From contig CBDBHE010000007.1 in assembly GCA_965205605.1 (NCBI GenBank), forward strand, positions 544,001-608,000: 64,000 bases of DNA. Direction: 5' to 3'. The notes under the pieces were generated by a model. It saw only the letters and a list, made by a program, of their open reading frames with translations. It was not told the origin of the DNA and searched no databases. Position numbers and translations under genes: made by a program. How positions within the stretch are numbered: the first letter of the stretch is position 1; every line of letters starts with the position of its first letter. The DNA is from Spirochaetota bacterium (GTDB lineage: Bacteria > Spirochaetota > UBA12135 > COTS27 > CBDBHE01). Shown piece after piece: positions 29,853 to 40,158 of the stretch.

Positions 29853-30953
29853 ATGGAGATAAAAAATTTAAAGAATAAAATAAGCTTTTTAAGTCTAATG
29901 AGTTTATTTTTTTTAGGATTAATGGCTCTTCCATTGAGAGCTGAAGGAGCTGAAATAAAACCCTTTTCTAAGATTTACTTTGATTATCACGTTGACAAGA
30001 CTGAAAATGATGAAAAGCCACTTTCTCAATTTGAAGTGGAAAGAGTTTATTTTGGGATTAAAGGAAATGTGGATACTGATATAGGTAAAGTTAGTTATAA
30101 CTCTACATTTGATGTACAACAAGGGGTTGATTTAAAACAAAATAAGAGGTCTGCTTTTTGGGTGTCTTACTTGAAGATAGCTTACTTTAAGTGGAATTTT
30201 TTTAATATTACCACGGATAATTTATTATCAGCTGATGTGACCTTTGGACTTCAAAGTGCTCAGCTTTTTGGGTTTACAGAGTCTCTTTGGGGATATCGCC
30301 ATGTGGCAAAAGTTTTTACAGACCATACCGGTTTTTATACAGCTGCAGATGCGGGCATTAATGTAGCAGCTAAAGCTTTTAATGATTTACTTGCGGTGAA
30401 TGTTTTTCATTTTAATGGAGATGGGTACAATAAAATTCAAAACCCAAGTACTCGAAACTACGGAGCTAATGTGACCCTTAATTTAAAAGAGATCTTTTTA
30501 CCTTTTTATTTTTACGGGGCTTATCATTATAATTCGCATGCATTTAATGTCGATAAAACAACTTATTTAACCGCCTTAGCGTATAAGAATGAACTTTTTA
30601 GAGGTTATATCGAATATAGCCAGCAAAATAACTATGCGTATGAAGATGGAGATATTGCAAGAGGGCTCATGTTGGGAGCTAATTATCATTTAACTTCTTT
30701 TTTAGATCTTTTTTTTCGTTTTGATATAGACCTTTCTGATAAAGATGAAGATAATAACACAGTTGTCGCTAATGCAGATGAGCAACATATTTATTTAGGA
30801 GTTGCTTTAACACCGATTAAATCTTTTCAAGTGGTTTTAACGTATCATAGTTTAACGCATCATCCTGAGTTTAGAGAAGCTTATGGTTTGCTTGGTGATG
30901 GTGATTATTTTTTAGAGCATTCGATGCTTTTTGATTTTCAATTTACTTTTTAA
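29853..30953 (+). CDS. Outer-membrane beta-barrel, porin-like
   Basis: Signal peptide, F..ERVYFGIKG, YLKIAY, NGDGYNK, alternating beta pattern, C-terminal FQFTF; AAGGAG RBS. Confidence 0.75.
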   Translation: MEIKNLKNKISFLSLMSLFFLGLMALPLRAEGAEIKPFSKIYFDYHVDKTENDEKPLSQFEVERVYFGIKGNVDTDIGKVSYNSTFDVQQGVDLKQNKRSAFWVSYLKIAYFKWNFFNITTDNLLSADVTFGLQSAQLFGFTESLWGYRHVAKVFTDHTGFYTAADAGINVAAKAFNDLLAVNVFHFNGDGYNKIQNPSTRNYGANVTLNLKEIFLPFYFYGAYHYNSHAFNVDKTTYLTALAYKNELFRGYIEYSQQNNYAYEDGDIARGLMLGANYHLTSFLDLFFRFDIDLSDKDEDNNTVVANADEQHIYLGVALTPIKSFQVVLTYHSLTHHPEFREAYGLLGDGDYFLEHSMLFDFQFTF

Positions 30954-31093
30954 GTTAATTAAAAACTTTTTTTTTAGTGAGTTTTGCTTTATTGATCGAT
31001 TTTATCAATAAAGCAAAATTTTTTTTTAAATTTAATCATTTTAATTTTTAAGAAAATAGCCTTATACTTTTGTAATAAGGAGGAGGTTGTGAG

Positions 31094-31501
31094 ATGTCTA
31101 AAAGAAAAATTATAAAAAGTGATGAGGAATGGAAACGTATTTTGAGCGAAGAAGAGTTTGTAGTTTGTCGCCAGAAGGGGACAGAAAGAGCGTTTAAAGG
31201 GAAGTATTATAAATATCAAAAAGAGGGGGTGTATGCTTGTGTTTGTTGTGGGGAGTCTCTTTTTGACTCAGAAGATCAGTATAATTCGGGGAGTGGTTGG
31301 CCTAGTTTTTATAAACCACTTAATGATGAGGTGCTTGATGAGCGAGAAGATGGAAGTTTAGGGGTGATGAGAACAGAAGTGGTTTGTTGCTGTTGTGGGG
31401 CACACTTGGGACATGTCTTTGATGATGGTAACTTACCGATGGGTAGTAGACGGTATTGTATTAATTCTATTTGTTTGAATTTTAAGGAAAAATTAGACTG
31501 A
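31094..31501 (+). CDS. msrB: Peptide-methionine (R)-S-oxide reductase
   Basis: GTERAF, CVCC, SGSGWPSF, RTEV.C..CGAHLGHVFDDG, RYCINS. Confidence 0.96.
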   Translation: MSKRKIIKSDEEWKRILSEEEFVVCRQKGTERAFKGKYYKYQKEGVYACVCCGESLFDSEDQYNSGSGWPSFYKPLNDEVLDEREDGSLGVMRTEVVCCCCGAHLGHVFDDGNLPMGSRRYCINSICLNFKEKLD

Positions 31502-31517
31502 TTTTTTTTAAAGCGAT

Positions 31518-31691
31518 TTAAAAAACGACTCTCAAAACAAAAAGAAGCAACATTATGGGACCTGCAATAATTAATACACGAGCCCACTTACTGTAAAAGA
31601 CTTCGTACTCTGGTTTTTTTGACCAATTAATAACACGAAATCCGGTTAAGGTCATTGAAAGTCCGGCGATAAAAAGAAGGAAGCTTAACAT
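31518..31691 (-). CDS. Small two-TM membrane protein, 57 aa (not in the ORF track)
   Basis: MLSFLLFIAGLSMTLTGFRVINWSKKPEYEVFYSKWARVLIIAGPIMLLLFVLRVVF*; fills the msrB-cotH gap. Confidence 0.65.
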   Translation of the reverse strand: MLSFLLFIAGLSMTLTGFRVINWSKKPEYEVFYSKWARVLIIAGPIMLLLFVLRVVF

Positions 31692-31773
31692 TTTTCTATA
31701 GTGACATATTAGTTTTTATTTAATTAAAAAGCAAGATTTTAATTAAATAAAAAAATTTTTATTTAAAAAAAAA

Positions 31774-33522
31774 TTAAAGTGACTTTTTGAAAATAGGTTT
31801 GATGACAAGATCATCAGTGAGTTTAATTTGTAATTTTTTTTGATTTATCTTTTTACCATTAACAAGCCAATAATCAAGTTGATTTTCTCTTACTCCTTGT
31901 ATTTCAATCGCGAATAAATTATTTTTAAAATAAAATCCAGTATATTGGGTATAGTTTTTTACATGATCGATTTTATATTTTACGTTAAAGGGAGCTTGTT
32001 TGACTTGAATTTTTAATTTTTTACCGAGAGAAAAAAAATCTTGCATTTCTTTTCTAACAAAATCTTGGCGATTTTGCATAAAAGATTTTAAGTGAAAGAG
32101 ATCAGTTTGGTGCTGTTTTTTTATTTTTTTTTCTTTTAAATTTGAAATCGAATTAACAAAGCCTTCGTAAGGTTTTAAAAGAGGGAGTAATTTTTTAGGG
32201 GTTAATGTGTGGTTTAAAGCATGGACGGCTAAAGTGACGTAGTATGGTTTAAAGTTTGGATCACCATCGGTTAAAATTTTTAATATTCTTGCTCTAGCAC
32301 CTATTTTAAAAGCGACTTGGTTTGTCATTATTGCAAAAGATTCTTGCTCCCATATTTTTCTACTATTTACAATATTCCCATTCCATTGACTACGAATTCC
32401 ATTAATTATAGGATAATAATCAAAAAAGCTATGGTCTAAATCCCAGTGAAGCCATTGCCATTTTGGATGAGGGTGTTTTAAATTCAAAAAAAGGGCCCCT
32501 TGAAACCAATCAGTCGTACCGCAAAAAATAAAAGTGAAAGTATTGTAAAAATAATTTTCAAAATCAATAAGGTTTGAAAGCTCTAAAAAAGAAAGAATTT
32601 TTTTTTGATTAATTTTTTCCTTCAAAGGATTTTTAAACTCTTTTATGATGTGATTGAAAAAATCGTTTTCTTTAGAAAAAGTGGTTTGCCTTTGACGAGA
32701 TCTTCTTTTAAAAAAATAAAAACTAGAATGTTTAAGTTTATTTTTTAAAGTTTTTGTGCCCATAAACTCGGTTACATAACCAAAGCCTTTCTTTTTTCTA
32801 TTGATGTAAAGTATCATAGGGTAATAATCTTGTGATAAAGAATCTCCTAATAACTTAGAGACTTTACTTGCAAGTTTTAGAGGGTAAAATCGTGGACCAA
32901 GTTTAAAAACAAGGCGGTTAATGGGATAATCGTTTTCTTTTGGGTTGGAATATAAAACACGAGCATTAATGGAGTCTGTCCCATAACTTTTTCTTAAATA
33001 GGCTCTTAGGTGAAAATTATGGTTAAATTTTGACTTGTCTGCTCTAACAGTGCCTCCGTGAAATCGGATGCCTACTTGAGTGGTTGGTAAAATCATTTTT
33101 TTTTTATCGCTGTAAATCGTTAATGTTGCAAGCTTTTCGACCTTGCGTCCTCTTTGGCTTTTTGTTGCAATAATACCTGTTTTTTCGTCATAGATGTCTT
33201 TAGGATCGATATGAAAGGAAACAACATAGCAATTAGAATAAAAATTAAATTGATCGATTGATTCAATCTTATGATTTTTATTTTTTACTTGAGAAGATGG
33301 GTAATAATCATAATACGTTTTTGTTAAAGGATTGGGGTTTTTGATGGCTTTAAGGTATCCTAGATTCGAGAGTCTTTTTCCTAGTTTTGTGCTATTGACA
33401 AAACGTTCTGAGATGAAGTTTTGTTCTGGTTTTTTTGTCTTAGAGTCTTCAAAAAAAAAGATAAGACTTAATGAAAGGGTGAAAATGAAAACAAGTGAAG
33501 TAATAAAGGTTGATGGATACAA
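31774..33522 (-). CDS. CotH-kinase-family protein
   Basis: N-terminal TM, GIRFHGG, LYIN..G.GYVTE, IDFENY, DW..G, KWQWLHWDLDHSF; follows VTC and DUF4956 genes. Confidence 0.8.
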   Translation of the reverse strand: MYPSTFITSLVFIFTLSLSLIFFFEDSKTKKPEQNFISERFVNSTKLGKRLSNLGYLKAIKNPNPLTKTYYDYYPSSQVKNKNHKIESIDQFNFYSNCYVVSFHIDPKDIYDEKTGIIATKSQRGRKVEKLATLTIYSDKKKMILPTTQVGIRFHGGTVRADKSKFNHNFHLRAYLRKSYGTDSINARVLYSNPKENDYPINRLVFKLGPRFYPLKLASKVSKLLGDSLSQDYYPMILYINRKKKGFGYVTEFMGTKTLKNKLKHSSFYFFKRRSRQRQTTFSKENDFFNHIIKEFKNPLKEKINQKKILSFLELSNLIDFENYFYNTFTFIFCGTTDWFQGALFLNLKHPHPKWQWLHWDLDHSFFDYYPIINGIRSQWNGNIVNSRKIWEQESFAIMTNQVAFKIGARARILKILTDGDPNFKPYYVTLAVHALNHTLTPKKLLPLLKPYEGFVNSISNLKEKKIKKQHQTDLFHLKSFMQNRQDFVRKEMQDFFSLGKKLKIQVKQAPFNVKYKIDHVKNYTQYTGFYFKNNLFAIEIQGVRENQLDYWLVNGKKINQKKLQIKLTDDLVIKPIFKKSL

Positions 33523-33562
33523 ATTTATTTAGGCAGGCTTTTGTCGTTAAAAATGATAAATC

Positions 33563-34265
33563 TTAAGAAAGATAAGTCTGAAAAGAAACCGTTTTACATT
33601 GTTTTTGAATTAGCTTTTTTGCTTTTTCAAGACTTTCCATCTTATCTTGAAAGAAACGATATGAGATAGTTAAAGTGTTTTCTTTTTCAATTAGATTTTC
33701 TACTTTGCCACTCAGGTTTGATTTTAAAAGGTGGATGATATCGATTAAATTGTTATTTCCTTTATCTTTGAAATAAATCACAAAAAGACCATTTTCTTGA
33801 TTTTTTTTAATAAAAAATTGTAAAAAAGTATTTTTATTAACAAAGAGTAAACCAAGGATTGTGATCAAGAGAGTGACTAAAAGCAGCTTATGGTTGGCTG
33901 TAGCACAGATAAGAGAAGTGGCAATAATGAGCATTAAAAAGCCAATTTCTTCAGGCTCTTTAATGGGGGTCCTAAAGCGGACAATGGAAAGAGCCCCTAA
34001 AAGCCCTAAAGACAGAGGTAAGGAATGCTGTAAAGTAATAAAAATACTGGTGATACTAATGGGATAATAAAGGAAAGGCATGATGGAGTTGGCTGCCTGT
34101 TGCACGACTTTTATAAAATTTCAGATACAGTTTGCTAATTAAAAGAGAGACTAGAAAAGAGGTGAGAATTAAGAAAAAATAGACGCTTATGGATTCTCCT
34201 TTTGTAAAAATTTTTAGCACATAATAAAGTGCTTTTTTAATTTTTATGACTAAATCCATATACAT
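33563..34265 (-). pseudogene. DUF4956-family membrane protein split by a +1 frameshift
   Basis: ..RATGSQLHHAFPLLS / ISITSIF..SLPLSLGLLGALSIVRFRTPIKEPEEIGF. One extra C in TCC-C-ATT (plus-strand GGG at 34061-34063). Confidence 0.8.
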
Positions 34266-34284
34266 TAGAGTGGGTATCCTTTTT

Positions 34285-34969
34285 TCAGAATGATTGGTTC
34301 ATTGAATGAAGTGCTAAGTAAGCTTTATAATACTTTGAAATGGCTTCTTTCTTAAGATTTGCAAACTCTAAGAGTGTTTCCATCGAAGGAGGGACTTGCC
34401 TTTTTGAAGTTTTAATTTCTAAAACCCCAAATTTAAAAGGAAGTAAAGAAGGATGCTTGATTTTTAAAAGAGGATGAACGCTTTCAATTTGGATTGTTTT
34501 GTCCAAAGCGATACGAGTATGGGTTTCGGCTTCTGTAAAACGCAACCTTTGATAAGTAATTTTTAATGTAGGCAAACGAAATTCTTCAGCATCAAGGTAG
34601 GAGGAGATATGATTTTGAGAAAAAAGATGCCAACGCTCATCGGATAAAGGCAATTTTTTTAGAATCGTTGGGAAGGGGTTGATTTCGATTCTTTTTTTAG
34701 ATCGTTTTCGATTTTTTTTACTTTTAATTTCAAAAAAGGTAAGCGTTTTTGTTGTCTTTTGACTCATACCAACGAATGCGAGTTTTTTGTTTAAAAAAAT
34801 CGCTATTTTCCTTTTCAAATATTGATTTTAAATCAAGGGTGTCATAGTAGACACTACAAATTTTATTGTTAGGGTAAAAAGAGGGGTCTGTAAGATAATT
34901 AAATGAAAGAGAGACTTGGAGGGGGTCTATTTTTTCAAGTGGGACTTGATATTTTATTTCAAAGTTCAT
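34285..34969 (-). pseudogene. VTC-domain (polyphosphate polymerase/CYTH-like) protein split by a +1 frameshift
   Basis: FEIKY, SVYYDT, KTRIRWY / FEIK, YQRLRF, RIALD, VLEIK, ISKY. Junction TAC CTT TTT TGA A at about 34729-34741. Confidence 0.8.
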
Positions 34970-35056
34970 TAATTGTTTAGAGTTATTTTAATGATGAAAT
35001 CCTTGATGATTTAATTTTTTAAAGAAATTATCATCACCAAAGATCCTTTGTTAATC

Positions 35057-35692
35057 TTAATACTTTACCCTACACCCATAAGGCACTGTTTTTTGTTGGA
35101 GAGGTTTTTTGCCTTCAAGCAAGCTATTTAAAGATAGTTTAACATAATTTTTAGCTTTTTTAATATCTTTTTTTTGAGCTGAACGAATGGAATCAATTGC
35201 TCCATCATAAACGAGGGCCCCATTTTTATCAATAATAAACATGTGAGGAGTGGTTTTGGCTTGATATTTTTTTCCGACTTTACTTTTTGCATCGATGAGA
35301 TAGGCTGTTTGATAAGAGGCTTGAGATTGTATTTTTTTTTCAATTGCTTCAGTTGAATAATAACCTCCCTTTTTTTTTTTTGAAGAGCAAATAGAAAGCC
35401 AAATTACTTTTTTTTGAGTGAATTCTTTTTGGAGGTTTTGCATATTTTTAGATTGATAGTGTTTTTTTACAAAAGGGCAATCAAAATTAATCCATTCAAG
35501 GACAACAATTTTTCCTTTATAGTCAGATAATTTGTGAGAATTTCCCTTATGATCTTTTAAGGTAAAATGAGGGGCTTTTTGATTGATGATAGCATCCGCA
35601 TAAAGAAATGCTGATGAGGTGATAAAAAAAGTAGCTAACAAAATGAGTAAGACTACTTTTATAGGCATTATTTTTTGAAGATTTTTTTTCAT
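35057..35692 (-). CDS. Exported thioredoxin-like AhpC/TSA redoxin
   Basis: Signal peptide, APHFTL, VVLEWINFDCPFVKKHY, AKTTPHMFII, YDGAID, PYGC.VKY. Confidence 0.88.
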   Translation of the reverse strand: MKKNLQKIMPIKVVLLILLATFFITSSAFLYADAIINQKAPHFTLKDHKGNSHKLSDYKGKIVVLEWINFDCPFVKKHYQSKNMQNLQKEFTQKKVIWLSICSSKKKKGGYYSTEAIEKKIQSQASYQTAYLIDAKSKVGKKYQAKTTPHMFIIDKNGALVYDGAIDSIRSAQKKDIKKAKNYVKLSLNSLLEGKKPLQQKTVPYGCRVKY

Positions 35693-35721
35693 AATGACTC
35701 CTTTTTTATTAAGTGATTATT

Positions 35722-36966
35722 TTATAAATTACTGACGATTATTTGTGCAAATTCAGAGGTTTTTACTAGAGTTGCTTCAGGGATGAGTCGATGGAAATCA
35801 TAAGTAACTTTTTTTTGTTTAATAGTTTCCTTCATCCCTTTTAAAACCATCTGACCGGCTTGTTTCCAACCTAAATATTGTAACATCATTTCAGCGGAAA
35901 GAATCAAAGAGCTTGGATTAATGACATTTTTATTAGCGTATTTTGGAGCGGTACCGTGAGTGGCTTCAAAGATACCTACTTTGGTATCATAATTAATATT
36001 AGCCCCTGGAGCGATGCCAATCCCACCTACTTGAGCGGCTAAGGCATCTGATAAATAATCTCCATTTAAGTTCATGGTTGCAATGACGTCATATTCTTTA
36101 GGACGAAGGAGGATTTGCTGTAAAAAAGCATCTGCGATGACATCTTTAATAATGATTTCTCTTCCATTTTTTTTAATGACTTGCCAAGGCCCCCCTTGAT
36201 GATCAGTTGCCCCAAAAGCTTCTTTTGCCAGGTCATACCCCCAATTTCGAAAAGCTCCTTCTGTAAACTTCATAATGTTGCCTTTGTGTACTAACGTAAC
36301 AGAATCTCTATTGTGTTCGATGGCATATTCGATGGCAGCTTTAATCAGTCGTTTACTTCCTTCCTCAGAAATAGGTTTGATGCCAATACCAGAAGTTTCA
36401 GGAAAACGAATTTTAGTGACGTTTAGTTGTTCTTGAAGAAATTGAATGAGTTTTTTTGCTTCATCAGAACCTTTTTCAAATTCAATCCCCGCATACACAT
36501 CTTCTGAGTTTTCTCTAAAAATAACCATATCAATGTCTTGAGGGTTGGTCACAGGAGAAGGGACCCCTTCAAAATGAGCCACAGGTCTAAGACAAGTATA
36601 TAAATCCAGTTTTTGCCTAAGAGTAACATTTAAACTACGAAAACTTCCCCCTACAGGTGTGGTTAAAGGGCCTTTAAGACCAACTAAAAATTCTTTAAAA
36701 GCATCAATGGTTTGATCTGGTAGCCACTGATTAAATTGATTTTTCGCTTTTTCTCCAGCGTACACTTCCATCCATACAATTTTTTTCTCTCCCCCATAAG
36801 CTTTCTCAACGGCTTGATCAATCACATATTTACAAGCTTTCCAAATATCAGGACCAATCCCGTCTCCTTCAATAAAAGGAATGATTGGCTTATTAGGGAT
36901 ATTTAAACGTCCTTGTTTTAAAGATATTTTTTCCCCTTCTGTTGGGATCGTTAATTTTTTTTCCAT
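35722..36966 (-). CDS. icd: NADP-dependent isocitrate dehydrogenase
   Basis: [54 protein letters not shown]. Confidence 0.97.
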   Translation of the reverse strand: MEKKLTIPTEGEKISLKQGRLNIPNKPIIPFIEGDGIGPDIWKACKYVIDQAVEKAYGGEKKIVWMEVYAGEKAKNQFNQWLPDQTIDAFKEFLVGLKGPLTTPVGGSFRSLNVTLRQKLDLYTCLRPVAHFEGVPSPVTNPQDIDMVIFRENSEDVYAGIEFEKGSDEAKKLIQFLQEQLNVTKIRFPETSGIGIKPISEEGSKRLIKAAIEYAIEHNRDSVTLVHKGNIMKFTEGAFRNWGYDLAKEAFGATDHQGGPWQVIKKNGREIIIKDVIADAFLQQILLRPKEYDVIATMNLNGDYLSDALAAQVGGIGIAPGANINYDTKVGIFEATHGTAPKYANKNVINPSSLILSAEMMLQYLGWKQAGQMVLKGMKETIKQKKVTYDFHRLIPEATLVKTSEFAQIIVSNL

Positions 36967-37006
36967 TTTTTTGTCCTTTGTATTATTGGATTAATAATAC
37001 TTTTTT

Positions 37007-37972
37007 TTATGATTTTTCTAAAATTATTTTTTCAAGTTTAACAGTATCTTGAGCAAATTTTCGAATTCCTTCTGACAGCTTTTCGATTGCCATCGCATCT
37101 TCGTTTAACATCCACCGAAACCGTTTTTCATTAATAACTTCTTTTTTTAAATCCATTTTTTTTGCTTGTTCAATTGAAAGTTCTTTTTTAACACTTTGAT
37201 TACTTTGTTTTAAATCTTTTAGCAGACTTGGAGAAATGGTGAGTAAATCACAACCACTAAGGGCTATAATTTGATCGATATTCCTAAAAGAAGCTCCCAT
37301 AATTTCTGTTTGGTAGTCAAACTTTTTATAATAATGGTAAATCATTTTCACTGATTTGACACCTGGATCATCTGTGCTTGCAAAACTTGTTTTGTTTTCA
37401 TTCTTACAATACCAATCAAAAATACGGCCGACAAAAGGAGAAATCAAAGTCGCTCCTACCTGAGCACAATAAAGAGCTTGAGGGAAACTAAAAAGCAAGG
37501 TCATATTGCAATGAATGCCTTCTTTTTCCAATTGTTTAGCTGCTTCAATCCCTTCCCAAGTGGAGGCGATTTTAATTAAAATGCGACTACGATCAATGTT
37601 GTCTTCTTCATATAGTTTAATCACGTTTCTCGCTTTGTCTAAGGTTGTTTGAGTATCAAAAGAATATCGAGCATCGACTTCTGTTGAAACTCTTCCGTCG
37701 ATGAGTTTTAAAATTTCTTTTCCAAACTTAACATAAAGTTTGTCTAAACAAAGAGAAAGCCATTGATTTTGATTAGAAGAGGCTTTTTTTGCTTGGGTAA
37801 TGGCTTCTTTGATAAAGCCTTGATATTCTTGCATTTGAGTGGCTTGGTAAATAAGGGTTGGGTTTGTGGTGGCATCTTTTGGTTTAAAAGTTGCAATGGA
37901 TTTAAGATCACTTGTATCGGCTACAAGCGTGGTGTGCTTTTTTAATTGGTTGAGTGAATGAGTTGTTGTCAT
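37007..37972 (-). CDS. tal: Transaldolase
   Basis: DATTNPTLI, GRVSTEVDAR, LIKIASTWEGI, LISPFVGRI, MGASFRN. Confidence 0.97.
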   Translation of the reverse strand: MTTTHSLNQLKKHTTLVADTSDLKSIATFKPKDATTNPTLIYQATQMQEYQGFIKEAITQAKKASSNQNQWLSLCLDKLYVKFGKEILKLIDGRVSTEVDARYSFDTQTTLDKARNVIKLYEEDNIDRSRILIKIASTWEGIEAAKQLEKEGIHCNMTLLFSFPQALYCAQVGATLISPFVGRIFDWYCKNENKTSFASTDDPGVKSVKMIYHYYKKFDYQTEIMGASFRNIDQIIALSGCDLLTISPSLLKDLKQSNQSVKKELSIEQAKKMDLKKEVINEKRFRWMLNEDAMAIEKLSEGIRKFAQDTVKLEKIILEKS

Positions 37973-38033
37973 TTTTTTTACAAAATAATTTTATCATATT
38001 TAGAAGACTTTTTTTTTAAGTTTTTCCTGTGTT

Positions 38034-38840
38034 TTAAAACATAGCTAGAGATTGACTAATTTTTTTTCCATAATCATTTTTTTTTAAAATAATCTGGTCA
38101 ATTTCGATGACAGTGCGTACCCCTGAAACTGAATTTAAATACAACATTTCATCACAAGATTTAAGCATGTTCCATGAAAATCCTTTTTTATATTTAATGT
38201 GAGTAAAAAAATGCTTTGCGTTTTTAATCATCATGGCTTGCATAATGCCTGGTAAAATGGTTTCACTTGGATCAATGAGGTAAAGTTTTTTTTTTTTAAC
38301 AAGGGCAATATTCGCATACGCGCATTCGATGGCTTTCTTTTGATGATTGAAAATCAAAAGATCTGTTTTGGAGCATGCATCTAAAGCATGATGGATTTCC
38401 ATTAAATTGGCAGTTTTGTGCTTTCTAAGAGGAGTTAAGCTGATGGAGTGTTTTGAAGAAAGGCTGAGTGTTTTTGAAGGAAGAGAGATGCTTTGTGTTA
38501 AAATAAGGCATTGAGATTGCTTTTGGTTTATTTTTGTTATTAAGATTTTAATTTTGACTCGTTTGTTTAAAAATTGATTTTTTTCAAGAAGAGAGAAGAC
38601 TTGTTTTTTGATTTTTTTTAAAGGGGGTTTTTTGATTTTGAAAGCATCACAAGTTAATTGGAGTCTTTGTAAATGTTCTTTTAAAAAATAAATAGTATGG
38701 TTGTGATACAGCAAAGTTTCAAAAACACCTAGTCCATATTGAAAATATAAAGAATAAGGGTTTAAAAAAACCTTTTTAAAAGAAACAATTTCATTATCCC
38801 AAAAAACATAATGACCACCCGTTTGTTGGCTTTTACTCAA
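38034..38840 (-). CDS. pabC: Class IV aminotransferase / 4-amino-4-deoxychorismate lyase
   Basis: YGLGVFETL, HLQRL, KHKT.N, E..AN, ILPGI, NSVSG; follows pabA-pabB. Start placed at a TTG overlapping the pabB stop (uncertain). Confidence 0.75.
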   Translation of the reverse strand: MSKSQQTGGHYVFWDNEIVSFKKVFLNPYSLYFQYGLGVFETLLYHNHTIYFLKEHLQRLQLTCDAFKIKKPPLKKIKKQVFSLLEKNQFLNKRVKIKILITKINQKQSQCLILTQSISLPSKTLSLSSKHSISLTPLRKHKTANLMEIHHALDACSKTDLLIFNHQKKAIECAYANIALVKKKKLYLIDPSETILPGIMQAMMIKNAKHFFTHIKYKKGFSWNMLKSCDEMLYLNSVSGVRTVIEIDQIILKKNDYGKKISQSLAMF

Positions 38841-40158
38841 AGAAGACTTGTTTAATAATTTTTTCTTTGTGTTTTGTTTCTGTAAGTTCGTCTTGTTCAT
38901 TGGATAAAAGGGTGATGCCTCCCCCCACACGATATTCAAAGTTAGATTTTATAATGTGAATGGTACGAATGAGTACATTAAACTCGCATTCATTACTAAA
39001 AGAAAAATAACCGAGAGAACCTGTATAAACACCTCTAGATTCTTTTTCCAAATGATCGATCATTTGACAGGTTTTTATTTTAGGAGCGCCTGTTACTGAA
39101 CCCGATGGGAATAAAGCATTAAAAATATCGATCATTGCTTGATGTGTTTTACCTTTAATATGAGCGCTTAAGTGATGAACATTGTTATAAGTACTTAAAA
39201 TAGGAAAGGCTTGTACTTTTACACTATGAGGGAGACAAATTTTGGATAAATCATTTCTCATTAGGTCAGTTATCATGGCCAGTTCGGCTAAGTTTTTTTT
39301 TGATTGAAGGAGTTGTTTTTTAATTTTTTCATCTAAAGATTGATTTTGTTTTTTTTGGATGGTGCCTTTAATGGGAGCAACTTCAAGAGTATTTTTAGAA
39401 TAAATAAAAAATCTTTCAGGTGAAGTTGAAATAATTGTGCCAAAGGGAGTTTCTAAAATGCCTTCATAAGGAGCTGGATTTTTTAAAAAAAGATTTTTAC
39501 AAATCGTTTGAGTTGATTTTTTTTTTTGACCCATAATTTTTCGACTAATGTTGACTTGATAAGTATTACCTTTCATAATTTGTTTTTTGATTTTTCTAAT
39601 TAATGTCTCGTAATTTGTTTTTTGATTTTTTTTAAAAGAATAATTTGATTTCATTTTTTTTTTCTTTTTATCAAAAATAGGGTTTGTTTTCAATTGCTGT
39701 CTGATGATTAAGCAAGACTGTTTTGTTTGGTTATAAACTTCGATGGTTTGGTATAAAACGAGGTAGATGTTTTCACTTGGACTAGGGAAGGTTTTAAAAA
39801 GGTTTCTTTCTTCAAGGTGATTTTTATAATCATAAGAAAAAATTCCAATTAAACCTCCTTCAAAAGGAAAATGAGTTTTTTTCAAGTGTTTGTTTTCTTC
39901 CATAAAATCTTTTAAAAAATTTGAGCTATTCTTAAAAGAGTAAGTTTTTTCTTCTTTATGAAACAAGCAATGTGTTTGATAAAAACTAACAAGGGGATTG
40001 TAAGCTAAAAGATGTATTTTTTCTTTTTTTTTTTCAAAAAGTTTTCCAGTGTGAAGCAAGACTCCTTGATGACTTAAAACCGTTAAAAGAGCGTTGTCTA
40101 AAAAAAATGATTTTTGAGTTAAATTAAAAGAGAGATCAATTAAAAAAGTCTTTGGCAT
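38833..40158 (-). CDS. pabB: Aminodeoxychorismate synthase component I
   Basis: GNTYQVNIS, NPAPY, SPERF, PIKGT, AELAMITDLMRNDL, FPSGSVTGAPK, NVLIRT, GGGIT. Confidence 0.85.
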   Translation of the reverse strand: MPKTFLIDLSFNLTQKSFFLDNALLTVLSHQGVLLHTGKLFEKKKEKIHLLAYNPLVSFYQTHCLFHKEEKTYSFKNSSNFLKDFMEENKHLKKTHFPFEGGLIGIFSYDYKNHLEERNLFKTFPSPSENIYLVLYQTIEVYNQTKQSCLIIRQQLKTNPIFDKKKKKMKSNYSFKKNQKTNYETLIRKIKKQIMKGNTYQVNISRKIMGQKKKSTQTICKNLFLKNPAPYEGILETPFGTIISTSPERFFIYSKNTLEVAPIKGTIQKKQNQSLDEKIKKQLLQSKKNLAELAMITDLMRNDLSKICLPHSVKVQAFPILSTYNNVHHLSAHIKGKTHQAMIDIFNALFPSGSVTGAPKIKTCQMIDHLEKESRGVYTGSLGYFSFSNECEFNVLIRTIHIIKSNFEYRVGGGITLLSNEQDELTETKHKEKIIKQVFFE

